Shown one piece after another: positions 53,967 through 63,803 of a stretch of DNA of 64,000 nt (within the stretch, counting starts at the first letter, position 1; each line of letters begins with the position of its first letter). The DNA is from a bacterium (GTDB lineage: Bacteria > Zhuqueibacterota > QNDG01 > JAGLOF01): contig JAGLOF010000016.1 in the NCBI GenBank assembly GCA_023139105.1, forward strand, positions 959-64,958. The letters run 5' to 3'. The notes under the pieces were generated by a model that was not told where the DNA came from, made no database searches, and saw only the letters and a list, made by a program, of their open reading frames with translations. The position numbers were made by a program, and so were the translations under genes.

Positions 53967-55063
53967 CAAATAGAATCATCGGGCAGGAGCGCATTCAGTC
54001 TCTATTAACTTCTGCTCTGGATAAACACAGACTGGCGCATGCATATCTATTTCATGGACAGCCGGGTACAGGCAAAGATGCTGTGGCCTTAGGCCTGGCC
54101 ATGCAACTTATCTGTAAGCAGAAAATGCCTTGGGGATGCCGCCAGTGCACTACCTGTCGTCAAATATTAAATCTTGAACATCCTGCATATCAGTTCATAC
54201 AACCTGTGCCTTCCCAGCCAAAGGCAATGAAAGAAGAAAAGTATCTGGAAATCCTGCGGGAGCGGGCACTGGAAAGAATAGCCAATCCATATTGGCCGGT
54301 AGACTACCATCCTGAACTTACAACCTTGCCTGTTATCAGTATCAATCAGGTTCGTGCAATAAAACAGTCTGTCATGCTCAAGCTCGGAGGATCGGCTTAC
54401 AGAATTTTTCATATCTCTCAAATTGATAAAATGACAGCACCGGCTTCAAACAGCCTTTTAAAAATTTTGGAAGAACCGCCGCCACGCACCTTACTCATTC
54501 TGACCACCTCTTTCCCGGGTCGGATACTTGCAACTATTCATTCTCGTTGCCAGAACCTTCACTTTCAAGGTATGGCCTCGGAAACTCTTCAATCTGCACT
54601 GGAGGATGATTGGAAAATTGAGACACAGCATGCTCAATTTCTATCAAAAATGGCTGGTGGAAGCCTGCAACGCGGACTTCAAATGGCTGACAAAGAGTTT
54701 GACACTCACAGACAAACGGCTATAGCTTTTCTGGAAGCAAGTTTTGATGATAATTACATACCTTTGCTGGACTGGGTTGATACAAATGCCATTAATAACA
54801 GCAAGGCAGATACTCTGGAAATGCTGGCATTATTGCAAGCACTGATCCGTGATTTAATGCAGATACAACTTGGCTTTGAGGATAGAGTAATAAACACTCA
54901 CACATTACCTGTCTTGCGGCAATTCATGGCAAAACACAATTCTTTCAAGGCCGACATAGGTATTGCCGTCATATCTCAAGCTATTGATTATATTGAAAAA
55001 AATGCTTACCTTCCCATGGCACTTTTTTCACTTTCAAGAAGGCTACGCGAGGCAGGCAAATAA
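53963..55063 (+). CDS. holB: DNA polymerase III delta-prime subunit
   Basis: ORF 53939..55063; the likely start is ATG 53963 (ATGA overlap). HAYLFHGQPGTGK, a zinc-module CRQCTTC, and LLKILEEPP. Confidence 0.85.
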   Translation: MTNRIIGQERIQSLLTSALDKHRLAHAYLFHGQPGTGKDAVALGLAMQLICKQKMPWGCRQCTTCRQILNLEHPAYQFIQPVPSQPKAMKEEKYLEILRERALERIANPYWPVDYHPELTTLPVISINQVRAIKQSVMLKLGGSAYRIFHISQIDKMTAPASNSLLKILEEPPPRTLLILTTSFPGRILATIHSRCQNLHFQGMASETLQSALEDDWKIETQHAQFLSKMAGGSLQRGLQMADKEFDTHRQTAIAFLEASFDDNYIPLLDWVDTNAINNSKADTLEMLALLQALIRDLMQIQLGFEDRVINTHTLPVLRQFMAKHNSFKADIGIAVISQAIDYIEKNAYLPMALFSLSRRLREAGK

Positions 55064-55126
55064 TTAAACATTAATGCCGTAAATATTGCAATGTACATAC
55101 ATCGATAACTTAGGATAGATAAGCCA

Positions 55127-56041
55127 ATGGCAAAAATTTTAGAGATAGAATTTAAAGGTGGGCGCAAAGCATTTTACGCCAATCCCCATGAATTCCCATT
55201 CCGCGTCAGTGACAGAGTAATTGTTGAAGTTGAAAAAGGCGAAGGAATGGGCACAGTCATCAACCTGGGAAGTCTTGTTGATAAACGAGCAGGAGATCAA
55301 ACACTACCGCAAATTCTCAGAAAACCTGAAAAATCAGATTTTGATTATCAGCTTGAAAATGATGATTTGGAAAAAGAAGCTTTTACTGACTGCAAGGAGA
55401 GAATTGAAGGTCACACACTTGACATGAAGCTTGTTGACGTTGAGTATCAGTTTGACCGGAAAAAAATAACCTTCTACTTCACTTCGGAAAATCGTGTTGA
55501 TTTCCGCGCACTGGTTCGTGATCTTGCCAGCCGCTATCGCACAAGAATTGAACTTCGCCAGATTGGAGTCAGAGACGAAGCCAAACGAATCGGCGGAATG
55601 GGCGTATGTGGAAGGAAACTATGCTGTTCCAGCTTCCTTCGTGAATTTGAACCTGTAATCACACAGTTGGCAAAAGACCAGAACCTGGCATTGAATCCCA
55701 CTAAATTGTCCGGTTGCTGTGGGCGTCTCATGTGCTGCCTTCGTTATGAAGCTGATATGTATATCGAATCTCAAAACCGTTTTCCATCGATTGGCACTAA
55801 AATAAAGACTGATAAAGGCCTGGGAGATCTTATAAAATTTGATATTTTCAAAGACGTATGTACTCTGCGTTATGAGAACGGCGAGACACAGGTCTTAACA
55901 TTAGAGGAAACAGAATCTTTCATAAAAGCGGCTAAAGAGAGAGAAAAAAACAGTCATCGTAAAAGCGGTAAAAATAGATTTAACAGAAGAAATAAACCAA
56001 AAAACCGGAAGCCCAGGGATACCAAGCCTAATGAAAACTAA
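55127..56041 (+). CDS. ricT: PSP1-domain protein RicT/YaaT
   Basis: 304 aa with a PSP1 core, including GVCGRKLCCSSFL and CGRLMCCLRYE Cys motifs, and a basic C-terminal tail. Confidence 0.85.
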   Translation: MAKILEIEFKGGRKAFYANPHEFPFRVSDRVIVEVEKGEGMGTVINLGSLVDKRAGDQTLPQILRKPEKSDFDYQLENDDLEKEAFTDCKERIEGHTLDMKLVDVEYQFDRKKITFYFTSENRVDFRALVRDLASRYRTRIELRQIGVRDEAKRIGGMGVCGRKLCCSSFLREFEPVITQLAKDQNLALNPTKLSGCCGRLMCCLRYEADMYIESQNRFPSIGTKIKTDKGLGDLIKFDIFKDVCTLRYENGETQVLTLEETESFIKAAKEREKNSHRKSGKNRFNRRNKPKNRKPRDTKPNEN

Positions 56042-58052
56042 GAGAATTCTTGTAACAAGTGCTCTACCCTATGCTAATGGTCCCCTGCATCTTGGACATA
56101 TTGCCGGTGCATATCTTCCGGCGGACATATACGTTCGTTACCAACGCCTCATAGGTAGTGATATTGTATATATCTGCGGTTCTGACGAACACGGTGTACC
56201 CATAACCGTAACTGCAGATAAAGAGGGGATTGCACCCCAGGACGTAGTAGATCGATTTCACGGCATGAACAAGTCCTCTTTTGAAGATCTGGGCATCAGC
56301 TTTGATAATTACTCCAGGACCACCCTGCCGATTCACCATGAAACTGCCAGGGAATTCTTCACCAAGCTGCATAATGAGGGCCATCTTATTGTAAAAGAGT
56401 CTGAACAATACTTTAGTGAGTCAGCCCAAAAATTTCTTCCGGATAGATATGTTGAAGGCCAATGTCCACACTGTCAAGATGAGGGTGCCAGAGGTGATCA
56501 ATGTGATAACTGCGGAAAGTGGCTGGAACCGGGTGAGCTGCTGAAGCCCCGCTCTAAAATGGATGGTTCTGTCCCTGTCTTAAAAAATACACGACACTGG
56601 TATCTGCCCATGGGCAGTTTTTCCAAAGAGTGGAAAGAATGGTTTGACAGCCATGAATGGCCGCAAAATGTTCGTAATTACTGTCTGGGATGGTATAAAG
56701 AAGGACTTGGCGACAGGCCTATCACCCGTGATCTGAACTGGGGTATCGATGTGCCGCTGGAAGATGCCAATGGCAAAGTCTTATACGTATGGTTTGATGC
56801 TCCTATCGGCTATATTTCATCCACCAAGGAGTGGGCACAGAACAAAGGTCAGCCGGAGAAATGGAAAGAATACTGGCTAGACCAGGAGACTGAGCTTGTA
56901 CATTTTATTGGCAAAGACAATATTGTATTTCACGCCATTCTCTTCCCCATGATGCTCAAAGAAATGGGCGGATATATTCGCCCCACGGCCATTCCGGCTA
57001 ATGAGTATCTGACAATAGAAGGCAGGAAAATCTCCACCAGTCGGAATTATGCAATCTGGGTGAAAGACTACTTGCAGATCTTTGAACCCGATCCTTTAAG
57101 ATTTACACTTGCGGCCAATGCACCCGAGACAAAGGACACCGACTTCTCCTGGAAGCAGCTTCAGTCACGCAATAATGATGAATTGGCAGACATTCTCGGT
57201 AACTTCATCAATCGAACCATGACTTTTATTCATAAATATTATGACGGCATAGTCCCGGGTAAACACGCTCTCTCGGATATGGACAGAGAGATGCTGGCAG
57301 TACTTCACGATGCGCCGGACACTATGGCCGCCCTGTTTGAGTCATTTCAGGTACGCAAAGCAGTGAAAGCATTTATGGATATATGCCGCTCTGCCAACAA
57401 ATACTTTAATGACAAGGCGCCCTGGGAGGCACGAAAGAATGACCTGGAGTCATGTGCCACAACATTGACAATTTGTGTAGAAATTGCCCAGGCGTTGGCT
57501 ACATTGATGTCTCCCATCGTACCATTCTCTTCTGAAAAACTCCTTCCAATGCTTGGTTTGACAAAACCACTGGATTGGAATGCAATAAAATCATCTGATG
57601 TCAAAAAAGGCCATAAACTTGGCGCACCCGGCATACTCTTCCCAAAGATTGAAGATGATGTAATACAAATTGAAATCGAAAAACTAAAAGCCATGGCCGA
57701 ACCTAAAATTGAATTTGAAGCAATTGCAGATACTATTGACTTTGATCAGTTCAAGGCTGTAGATCTGCGAACTGCCAAAGTTATACATGCCGAAAAAATT
57801 AAAAAAGCAAATAAACTTCTGCGGCTGGAAGTCGATATAGCAGGCGAGAAGCGTCAGATTGTTGCCGGAATAGCCCGCAGCTACAAACCTGAGGCCCTCA
57901 TAGGCAAGACAATATTGGTAGTGGCCAATCTGGCTACTGTCAAAATACGAGGCGTGGAATCACAGGGAATGGTACTGGCTCTGGCAACAGGTGACAATTT
58001 CACTCTACTCACACCCGACGGCGACATGCCATCGGGAATCCGTGTGGAATGA
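56031..58052 (+). CDS. metG: methionine--tRNA ligase
   Basis: 673 aa with PYANGPLHLGHIAG (HIGH), zinc knuckles CPHC...CDNCG, KISTSRN (KMSKS), and a C-terminal EMAP/tRNA-binding domain. Confidence 0.95.
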   Translation: MKTKRILVTSALPYANGPLHLGHIAGAYLPADIYVRYQRLIGSDIVYICGSDEHGVPITVTADKEGIAPQDVVDRFHGMNKSSFEDLGISFDNYSRTTLPIHHETAREFFTKLHNEGHLIVKESEQYFSESAQKFLPDRYVEGQCPHCQDEGARGDQCDNCGKWLEPGELLKPRSKMDGSVPVLKNTRHWYLPMGSFSKEWKEWFDSHEWPQNVRNYCLGWYKEGLGDRPITRDLNWGIDVPLEDANGKVLYVWFDAPIGYISSTKEWAQNKGQPEKWKEYWLDQETELVHFIGKDNIVFHAILFPMMLKEMGGYIRPTAIPANEYLTIEGRKISTSRNYAIWVKDYLQIFEPDPLRFTLAANAPETKDTDFSWKQLQSRNNDELADILGNFINRTMTFIHKYYDGIVPGKHALSDMDREMLAVLHDAPDTMAALFESFQVRKAVKAFMDICRSANKYFNDKAPWEARKNDLESCATTLTICVEIAQALATLMSPIVPFSSEKLLPMLGLTKPLDWNAIKSSDVKKGHKLGAPGILFPKIEDDVIQIEIEKLKAMAEPKIEFEAIADTIDFDQFKAVDLRTAKVIHAEKIKKANKLLRLEVDIAGEKRQIVAGIARSYKPEALIGKTILVVANLATVKIRGVESQGMVLALATGDNFTLLTPDGDMPSGIRVE

Positions 58053-58825
58053 GTATGTGGATAGATACGCATGCCCATTTGGACATGGCTGCTTTCAATG
58101 ACGACCTTGATTCTGTACTCAAACGTGCAGAAGATGAAGGTGTTAAGCGCATTATCACCATTGGTATAGACATTGAATCCAGCCGCAAGGCATTGGAACT
58201 TGCTGAAAAACACCTCAATGTATTTGCATCTGTGGGAATTCATCCTCATGAAGCTGGCAAAGCATCAGAGGAAGATCTTGAAACGCTGATCGGCCTTCTG
58301 GCTCATCCAAAATGTGTCGCTCTAGGTGAAGCCGGTCTTGATTATCACTATGATTATTCTCCCCGGGATGTACAGCATTCTATCTTCAAAACGCAACTCA
58401 GGCTGGCCAATGCCTTAAAAAAACCGCTTATCATTCATGTCCGTGAAGCCATGGAAGATGCGCTGAACATCATCGACTCTGTTAGTACGCAGCAATGGAA
58501 CGGAGTTTTTCACTGTTACGGCGGTGAAGCATACGAAGTACCGGAAGTAATAAAAAGAGGTTTTCACATAGGCTTTACCGGTGTAGTGACATTTAAGAAT
58601 TTCAAAAATGCCGATACCGTGCGTCAGGTGCCCATTAACCGCTTATTGGTAGAGACAGATGCACCATATATGGCACCTACACCGTTTAGAGGGAAACGGA
58701 GTGAGCCTATGCATGTAGCAACAACAGGCACAGCATTAGCAGAACTGCTGGAAATGGATGTTGACATACTAGCCGCTCAGACCAGCAGAAACGCCAAATC
58801 ACTCTTCAGATTGACGGTAGACTAA
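58049..58825 (+). CDS. tatD: TatD-family metal-dependent hydrolase
   Basis: 258 aa with WIDTHAHLD, GEAGLDYHY, and ETDAPYMAP. Confidence 0.9.
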   Translation: MSMWIDTHAHLDMAAFNDDLDSVLKRAEDEGVKRIITIGIDIESSRKALELAEKHLNVFASVGIHPHEAGKASEEDLETLIGLLAHPKCVALGEAGLDYHYDYSPRDVQHSIFKTQLRLANALKKPLIIHVREAMEDALNIIDSVSTQQWNGVFHCYGGEAYEVPEVIKRGFHIGFTGVVTFKNFKNADTVRQVPINRLLVETDAPYMAPTPFRGKRSEPMHVATTGTALAELLEMDVDILAAQTSRNAKSLFRLTVD

Positions 58826-59604
58826 TGGGCATCAAACCAATAAAATCACTTAGTCAGCATTTTCTGATCGATGATATTATCTCAGATCAGATCGTTGACT
58901 CTATGGATATTCAAGCAGGTGAGCATATTCTGGAGATCGGACCTGGCGAAGGTGTTCTGACAGACCGCATAATGAATACTCCGGCAGCTCGTTTGACTGC
59001 TGTGGAACTGGATCGACGGCTCTCAATGTTCCTGCGGGTCAGGCATGAAAGTGATAGCCGTTTTACCTTGATTGAAGATGATTTTTTAAATGTTGATCTC
59101 AATGATCTTGCTGCCGGCAACAAGATGCGGATAATTGGCAACTTGCCATATTCCATCACATCTCCCATACTCTTCCGGCTGCTTGATTGCCGTGAGATCA
59201 TTAGCGACATCACAGTAATGGTACAAAAAGAAGTAGCTGACAGACTAACGTCTATGCCTAATTGTAAGGCATACGGCATTCCGTCAGTATTATTTCAGCT
59301 GCTGGCAAAAGTTGAACATATATGTGACGTGGCTCCCAATGCTTTCAGGCCACCGCCCAAGGTGCACTCTGCCGTAATACGCATTAGTATTTTAGATACA
59401 CCGAAAGCCCATGTTCAGGACTTTGAGGAATTCAGAACGCTGGTACGCACGGCATTTGGTCAACGTCGAAAAATGCTGCGTAATTCAATCAGAGCCTGGC
59501 TACCTGAAAATGAAAACATTGAATTGCCTGTTGCATTAACCCGCAGACCGGAATCTTTGAGCGTATTGGAATGGGCCCAGCTCTCCAATACCTTGTGTAA
59601 ATAA
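58825..59604 (+). CDS. rsmA: 16S rRNA (adenine1518/1519-N6)-dimethyltransferase
   Basis: 259 aa with LSQHFL, EIGPGEGVLT, and GNLPYSITSPILF. Confidence 0.9.
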   Translation: MGIKPIKSLSQHFLIDDIISDQIVDSMDIQAGEHILEIGPGEGVLTDRIMNTPAARLTAVELDRRLSMFLRVRHESDSRFTLIEDDFLNVDLNDLAAGNKMRIIGNLPYSITSPILFRLLDCREIISDITVMVQKEVADRLTSMPNCKAYGIPSVLFQLLAKVEHICDVAPNAFRPPPKVHSAVIRISILDTPKAHVQDFEEFRTLVRTAFGQRRKMLRNSIRAWLPENENIELPVALTRRPESLSVLEWAQLSNTLCK

Positions 59605-59629
59605 AAATTATACTAAACCGGATTTTACT

Positions 59630-60991
59630 ATGGATGAAATACATCTGAAAACATCGTTTGCCGATATCATCTCCGATAATATAGAAGGGGGCCGTCTCAA
59701 CAAGGTACGCGCCCTGGTGGATGATCTCCATCCCGCAGATATTGCGGAGGCAATTGACCGCCTGGATCCCGACTACGGTTTGCAGGTCTTTGGATATCTG
59801 GAGACCGAGACTGCCGCCGAAGTGCTGATTGAATTGGATGAATCAGTACGGCAGCGCATTGTAGCACCACTCACAGAAGAACTTTTGGTTGCAATTATCG
59901 CCGAAATGGATTCTGATGATGCAGCCGATGTTCTCTACGAACTGGACGAGAAGCGTCAACAGCTGATTCTGGCAGCCATGCCCGGCAAGGATCAGCGTGA
60001 AGTCCGCACACTGCTCCGTCACGATGAAGAGTCTGCCGGTGGACTGATGGCCCTTGAGATTGTGGCGGTTAATCAACATCGCACCGCTGAAGAGGCCCTG
60101 GAAGTTCTAAGACGTAAATCCGATGAAATTGACGATGTATACAATATATATGCTGTGGATAGCCGTGGGCACTTGCGCGGTGCAGTTTCTCTGAAAGACG
60201 TGGTTCTGGCAGAACCGAAAACCAAACTTCTGGAATTGATCGAAGATGATGTAATTGCCATACGTCCGGAGATGGATCAGGAAGAAGTAGCTCATCTCTT
60301 TCAAAAATATGATTTGGTTGCTGCACCTGTCGTTGATGAAAACAACAAGCTTGTTGGCCGTATTACTGTTGATGATGTGCTGGATGTTGTTGAAGAAGAG
60401 GCCAGCGAAGATATGTCCATGATGGCCGGTATTACAGATGAAGCCATACGCGAAAGGTCTATTTTCCGCCGCGCCTGGGTACGTCTTCCATGGCTGCTTG
60501 TAGCCTTTGCCGGTGAGATGGTCTCTGCTTTGATTATGAGCAGTTTTTCTGATAGAATTGAATTTATAATAACATCCGCCTTCTTCATACCTCTGATCAT
60601 GGCCATGGGAGGCAATACTGGCATTCAATCGGCAACAATTGTAATCCGCGGCCTTGCAACAGGAGAATTCAATACATCGGATACCAAGAAACGACTTTTT
60701 TCAGAACTCTCTGTGGCCCTCTTCAACGGACTCATTATTGGCTTGCTTGTAATGGGCGTTGTCACAGCCTGGCTCCATACATGGAAGCTGGGGCTAGTCT
60801 TGTCCGGAGCCCTCATCGCAGTTATTATTAATGCGACTCTCATGGGCACACTGATACCCTTTGTTTTGAAACGATTTAAAATTGACCCTGCTGTTGCCAC
60901 AGGACCATTTATCACAACATCCAATGATATTCTGGGACTACTGATATATTTCAGTATGATATTCATATTTAAGGGCTGGTTACAGTCATAA
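59630..60991 (+). CDS. mgtE: magnesium transporter MgtE
   Basis: 453 aa with an N-terminal MgtE-N domain, two CBS domains, and a C-terminal 5-TM domain containing GGNTGIQSAT. Confidence 0.9.
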   Translation: MDEIHLKTSFADIISDNIEGGRLNKVRALVDDLHPADIAEAIDRLDPDYGLQVFGYLETETAAEVLIELDESVRQRIVAPLTEELLVAIIAEMDSDDAADVLYELDEKRQQLILAAMPGKDQREVRTLLRHDEESAGGLMALEIVAVNQHRTAEEALEVLRRKSDEIDDVYNIYAVDSRGHLRGAVSLKDVVLAEPKTKLLELIEDDVIAIRPEMDQEEVAHLFQKYDLVAAPVVDENNKLVGRITVDDVLDVVEEEASEDMSMMAGITDEAIRERSIFRRAWVRLPWLLVAFAGEMVSALIMSSFSDRIEFIITSAFFIPLIMAMGGNTGIQSATIVIRGLATGEFNTSDTKKRLFSELSVALFNGLIIGLLVMGVVTAWLHTWKLGLVLSGALIAVIINATLMGTLIPFVLKRFKIDPAVATGPFITTSNDILGLLIYFSMIFIFKGWLQS

Positions 60992-60995
60992 GTTT

Positions 60996-61754
60996 ATGGC
61001 TATTTTAAATACAGAAGCAATTATCCTCAAAGGATGGAAGCTTAGAGAAACATCAAAAATTCTCCAGCTATATACCAGAGATTACGGTAAGGTCAGGGTT
61101 GTGGCAAAAGGCGGCAGAGATCCTAAAAGTCCATTTAAAGGCTGCCTTGAACCAATGACACACCTAAACATTATTTACTATGACAAACGAACTCGTGATC
61201 TTCAGCTTTTAAGTAAGGTTGATTTAATTGATCCGCACTATCATATTATTGGCGATATGCCCAGGACAACACTGGGCCTGGCAGTTGCCGAACTTACAGA
61301 CAAGGCCGTAGCAGGTGAAGAGTCTTTCCCTGAAGTTTTTGACCTGCTTTCAGGGACACTCTCTGCGCTGGACAGGATGGATGACTTCCTGGAAGCCTAT
61401 ATATGGTACTTTCAGACACACTTCATAGGACTTATGGGGTATAAACCAATATGGGATTCATGCCTGCACTGCGGCACCTCCCTGGGGCTTGAAGGTGGTG
61501 CCTTTCATCCTGAGAGCGGCGGCCTGATATGCCGCAACTGTGGAGGCGGCGGTCTATGGGTATCAAGCGATACACTGGAGATACTCTTTTTTCTGCAACG
61601 CTGTAACCAGGACGAGGCCGGCAGCCTGAAACCGGGTAAAGCACAAAAATTTGAGATTCGTAAACTCTTTGATCTATATTTTAGGGCCCATATCGAACAT
61701 ATGAAAAGGATAGAATCCCTGAGACTATATTACTCTCTGTGTGATGCAGAATGA
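60996..61754 (+). CDS. recO: DNA repair protein RecO
   Basis: 252 aa with an OB-fold N-terminus (EAIILKGWKLRETSKIL) and a zinc motif CLHCG...CRNCG. Confidence 0.85.
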   Translation: MAILNTEAIILKGWKLRETSKILQLYTRDYGKVRVVAKGGRDPKSPFKGCLEPMTHLNIIYYDKRTRDLQLLSKVDLIDPHYHIIGDMPRTTLGLAVAELTDKAVAGEESFPEVFDLLSGTLSALDRMDDFLEAYIWYFQTHFIGLMGYKPIWDSCLHCGTSLGLEGGAFHPESGGLICRNCGGGGLWVSSDTLEILFFLQRCNQDEAGSLKPGKAQKFEIRKLFDLYFRAHIEHMKRIESLRLYYSLCDAE

Positions 61755-61836
61755 ATCAAACTTATATCAAATTGAAGACTTTGCATCATTAATCAGTAAA
61801 ACCAAGGCAGCACTGCGCCAATAAAAGGAGGTTTCT

Positions 61837-63159
61837 GTGTCAGTAACAATGGAAAAAATTGTCTCTTTATGTAAACGAAGAGGTTTCATATTTCAGTCAA
61901 GCGAGATCTATGGAGGCATTAATGCCTGCTATGACTATGGCCCGCTGGGTGTGGAATTAAAGAAAAACATCAAGGATTTTTGGTGGAAATCTATGGTATA
62001 CGACCATCGCAATATAGTTGGTCTTGATTCTGCCATTCTTATGCACCCCCGCATCTGGGAGGCCTCAGGCCATGTTGCAGGTTTTAACGACCCTATGGTC
62101 GATTGCCGCCAATGCAAGGCCCGTTTCCGCGAGGATGAAATCGATCCGAAAAAACTTGCAGCAGGTCAATGCCCACGCTGTGGCAACAAGGACGTCCTGA
62201 CAGAACCACGCCAGTTTAACCTTATGTTTAAGACTCATATGGGTCCGGTGGCTGAAGACGCATCGCAGATCTATCTTCGACCGGAAACCGCTCAGGGCAT
62301 ATATGTCAACTATAAAAATGTTCTGGATTCCTCACGTCAGAAAATACCCTTTGGCATTGCCCAGATTGGTAAGGCCTTCAGAAATGAGATCACACCGGGA
62401 AACTTTATATTCCGCACGCGGGAATTTGAACAGATGGAAATGCAATACTTTGTCCAGCCCGGCGATGATATTGAAGCACTTGAAATGTGGAAAGAACGCC
62501 GCATGGCCTATTATGACAAGCTTGGTCTTAATATGTCGAAATTACGCTTTGAAGAACACGGCCCTGATGAACTGGCCCACTATGCTAAAGCCGCATTTGA
62601 TGTGGAGTATGAATTCCCCATCGGCTGGAAAGAGCTGGAAGGCGTGCATAACAGAACAGATTTTGATCTTTCAGCTCATCAGGAGCACTCTGGCAAAGAT
62701 CTCAGGTATTTCAATGACCAGACGCGTGAGCGCTTTCTTCCCTACATCATCGAGACCTCTGCCGGTGTGGATCGCACTCTTTTAGCCTGTTTAGCAGATG
62801 CATATGAAGAGGAACAACTGGAGAAAGAGAAACGAACTGTTCTTCATCTTTCACCAGCCATTGCACCTTTCAAGGCAGCAATTTTCCCACTTGTAAAAAA
62901 AGAGGGTATGCCGGAAATTGCCTTAAAAATCTATGATGATCTGAGAGGCGACATGAACGTATTCTACGATGCTCAAGGTGCTGTTGGACGCCGTTACCGC
63001 CGCCAGGATGAGGCAGGAACACCTTTCTGCATTACCGTAGACTCTCAAACACTGGAAGATCAAACAGTGACTTTAAGAGACCGTGACTCCATGGAGCAAT
63101 TACGAATATCCATGTCTGCTCTAAAGCAGGCACTGCAGGATAAAATTAAAGGGGAATAA
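61837..63159 (+). CDS. glyQS: glycine--tRNA ligase (homodimeric GlyQS type)
   Basis: 440 aa. GTG start 6 nt after AAGGAGG (an alternative ATG is at 61849). RGFIFQSSEIYGG, LRPETAQG, and FRNEITPGNFIFRTREFEQME blocks. Confidence 0.95.
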   Translation: MSVTMEKIVSLCKRRGFIFQSSEIYGGINACYDYGPLGVELKKNIKDFWWKSMVYDHRNIVGLDSAILMHPRIWEASGHVAGFNDPMVDCRQCKARFREDEIDPKKLAAGQCPRCGNKDVLTEPRQFNLMFKTHMGPVAEDASQIYLRPETAQGIYVNYKNVLDSSRQKIPFGIAQIGKAFRNEITPGNFIFRTREFEQMEMQYFVQPGDDIEALEMWKERRMAYYDKLGLNMSKLRFEEHGPDELAHYAKAAFDVEYEFPIGWKELEGVHNRTDFDLSAHQEHSGKDLRYFNDQTRERFLPYIIETSAGVDRTLLACLADAYEEEQLEKEKRTVLHLSPAIAPFKAAIFPLVKKEGMPEIALKIYDDLRGDMNVFYDAQGAVGRRYRRQDEAGTPFCITVDSQTLEDQTVTLRDRDSMEQLRISMSALKQALQDKIKGE

Positions 63160-63236
63160 GGCATTAGCATGGTAAAAGCTCCACGTAAATTAACATTTTT
63201 CATCTCTTTTTTATGAAATTTGTGAATACAATTCAT

Positions 63237-63266
63237 TTGACAGCAGCTAAAAAGTACAAGTATATT
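63237..63266 (+). promoter_or_regulatory. possible sigma70-like promoter for ssb
   Basis: TTGACA(63237-63242)-N18-TATATT(63261-63266). An alternative TATAAT at 63277-63282 lacks a good -35. Confidence 0.35.
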
Positions 63267-63306
63267 TAGAGATCGATATAATTTAATACTATAAAAGGAG
63301 GCTCCA

Positions 63307-63729
63307 ATGGCCAGAGGAAAAGGCACAATAAACAAAGTTACTTTAATTGGAAGACTGGGTGCAGATCCACAACTTAGATACACACCTTCAGGCAGAGCAA
63401 GTGCTACTTTCAATATTGCCACTAATTACGGTTGGAAAGATAATGACGGCAATCCACAAGAACGAACCGATTGGCATCGCATTGTAGCCTGGGGAAAACT
63501 AGCCGAAATTATGGGCGAATGGTTAAAAAAAGGCAGCCTGGTATATCTGGATGGACGTCTTCAAACCAGAAATTATGAAGATAACGGTGTTAAAAAATAT
63601 ATTACCGAAGTTGTTGTCACAGATATGGAAATGTTGGGACGTAAGGGTGAAAGCGGCGGATCAGGCGGATCTGAACCTCTACCTGAAGAGCCTCCGGTAA
63701 TTGATCAGAATGATGATTTGCCATTCTAA
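63307..63729 (+). CDS. ssb: single-stranded DNA-binding protein
   Basis: 140 aa with an OB-fold core (INKVTLIGRLGADPQLRYTPSG...TDWHRIVAWGKLAE), a Gly-rich linker, and an acidic tip DDDLPF. Confidence 0.95.
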   Translation: MARGKGTINKVTLIGRLGADPQLRYTPSGRASATFNIATNYGWKDNDGNPQERTDWHRIVAWGKLAEIMGEWLKKGSLVYLDGRLQTRNYEDNGVKKYITEVVVTDMEMLGRKGESGGSGGSEPLPEEPPVIDQNDDLPF

Positions 63730-63751
63730 TTTAATTTTATGATTAATCAGG

Positions 63752-63781
63752 AAAGGCCGGAACTTAATGTTCCGGCCTTTT
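63752..63781 (+). terminator. rho-independent terminator after ssb
   Basis: 12-bp stem AAAGGCCGGAAC / GTTCCGGCCTTT with loop TTAAT and a short T-run. Confidence 0.7.
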
Positions 63782-63803
63782 CAAGCCACACATGAGGATT
63801 ATT

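Noticed and set aside
59605-59629. M-box (Mg) riboswitch ahead of mgtE
   Set aside because: The gap to rsmA is only 25 nt, far too short for a ~160-nt M-box.
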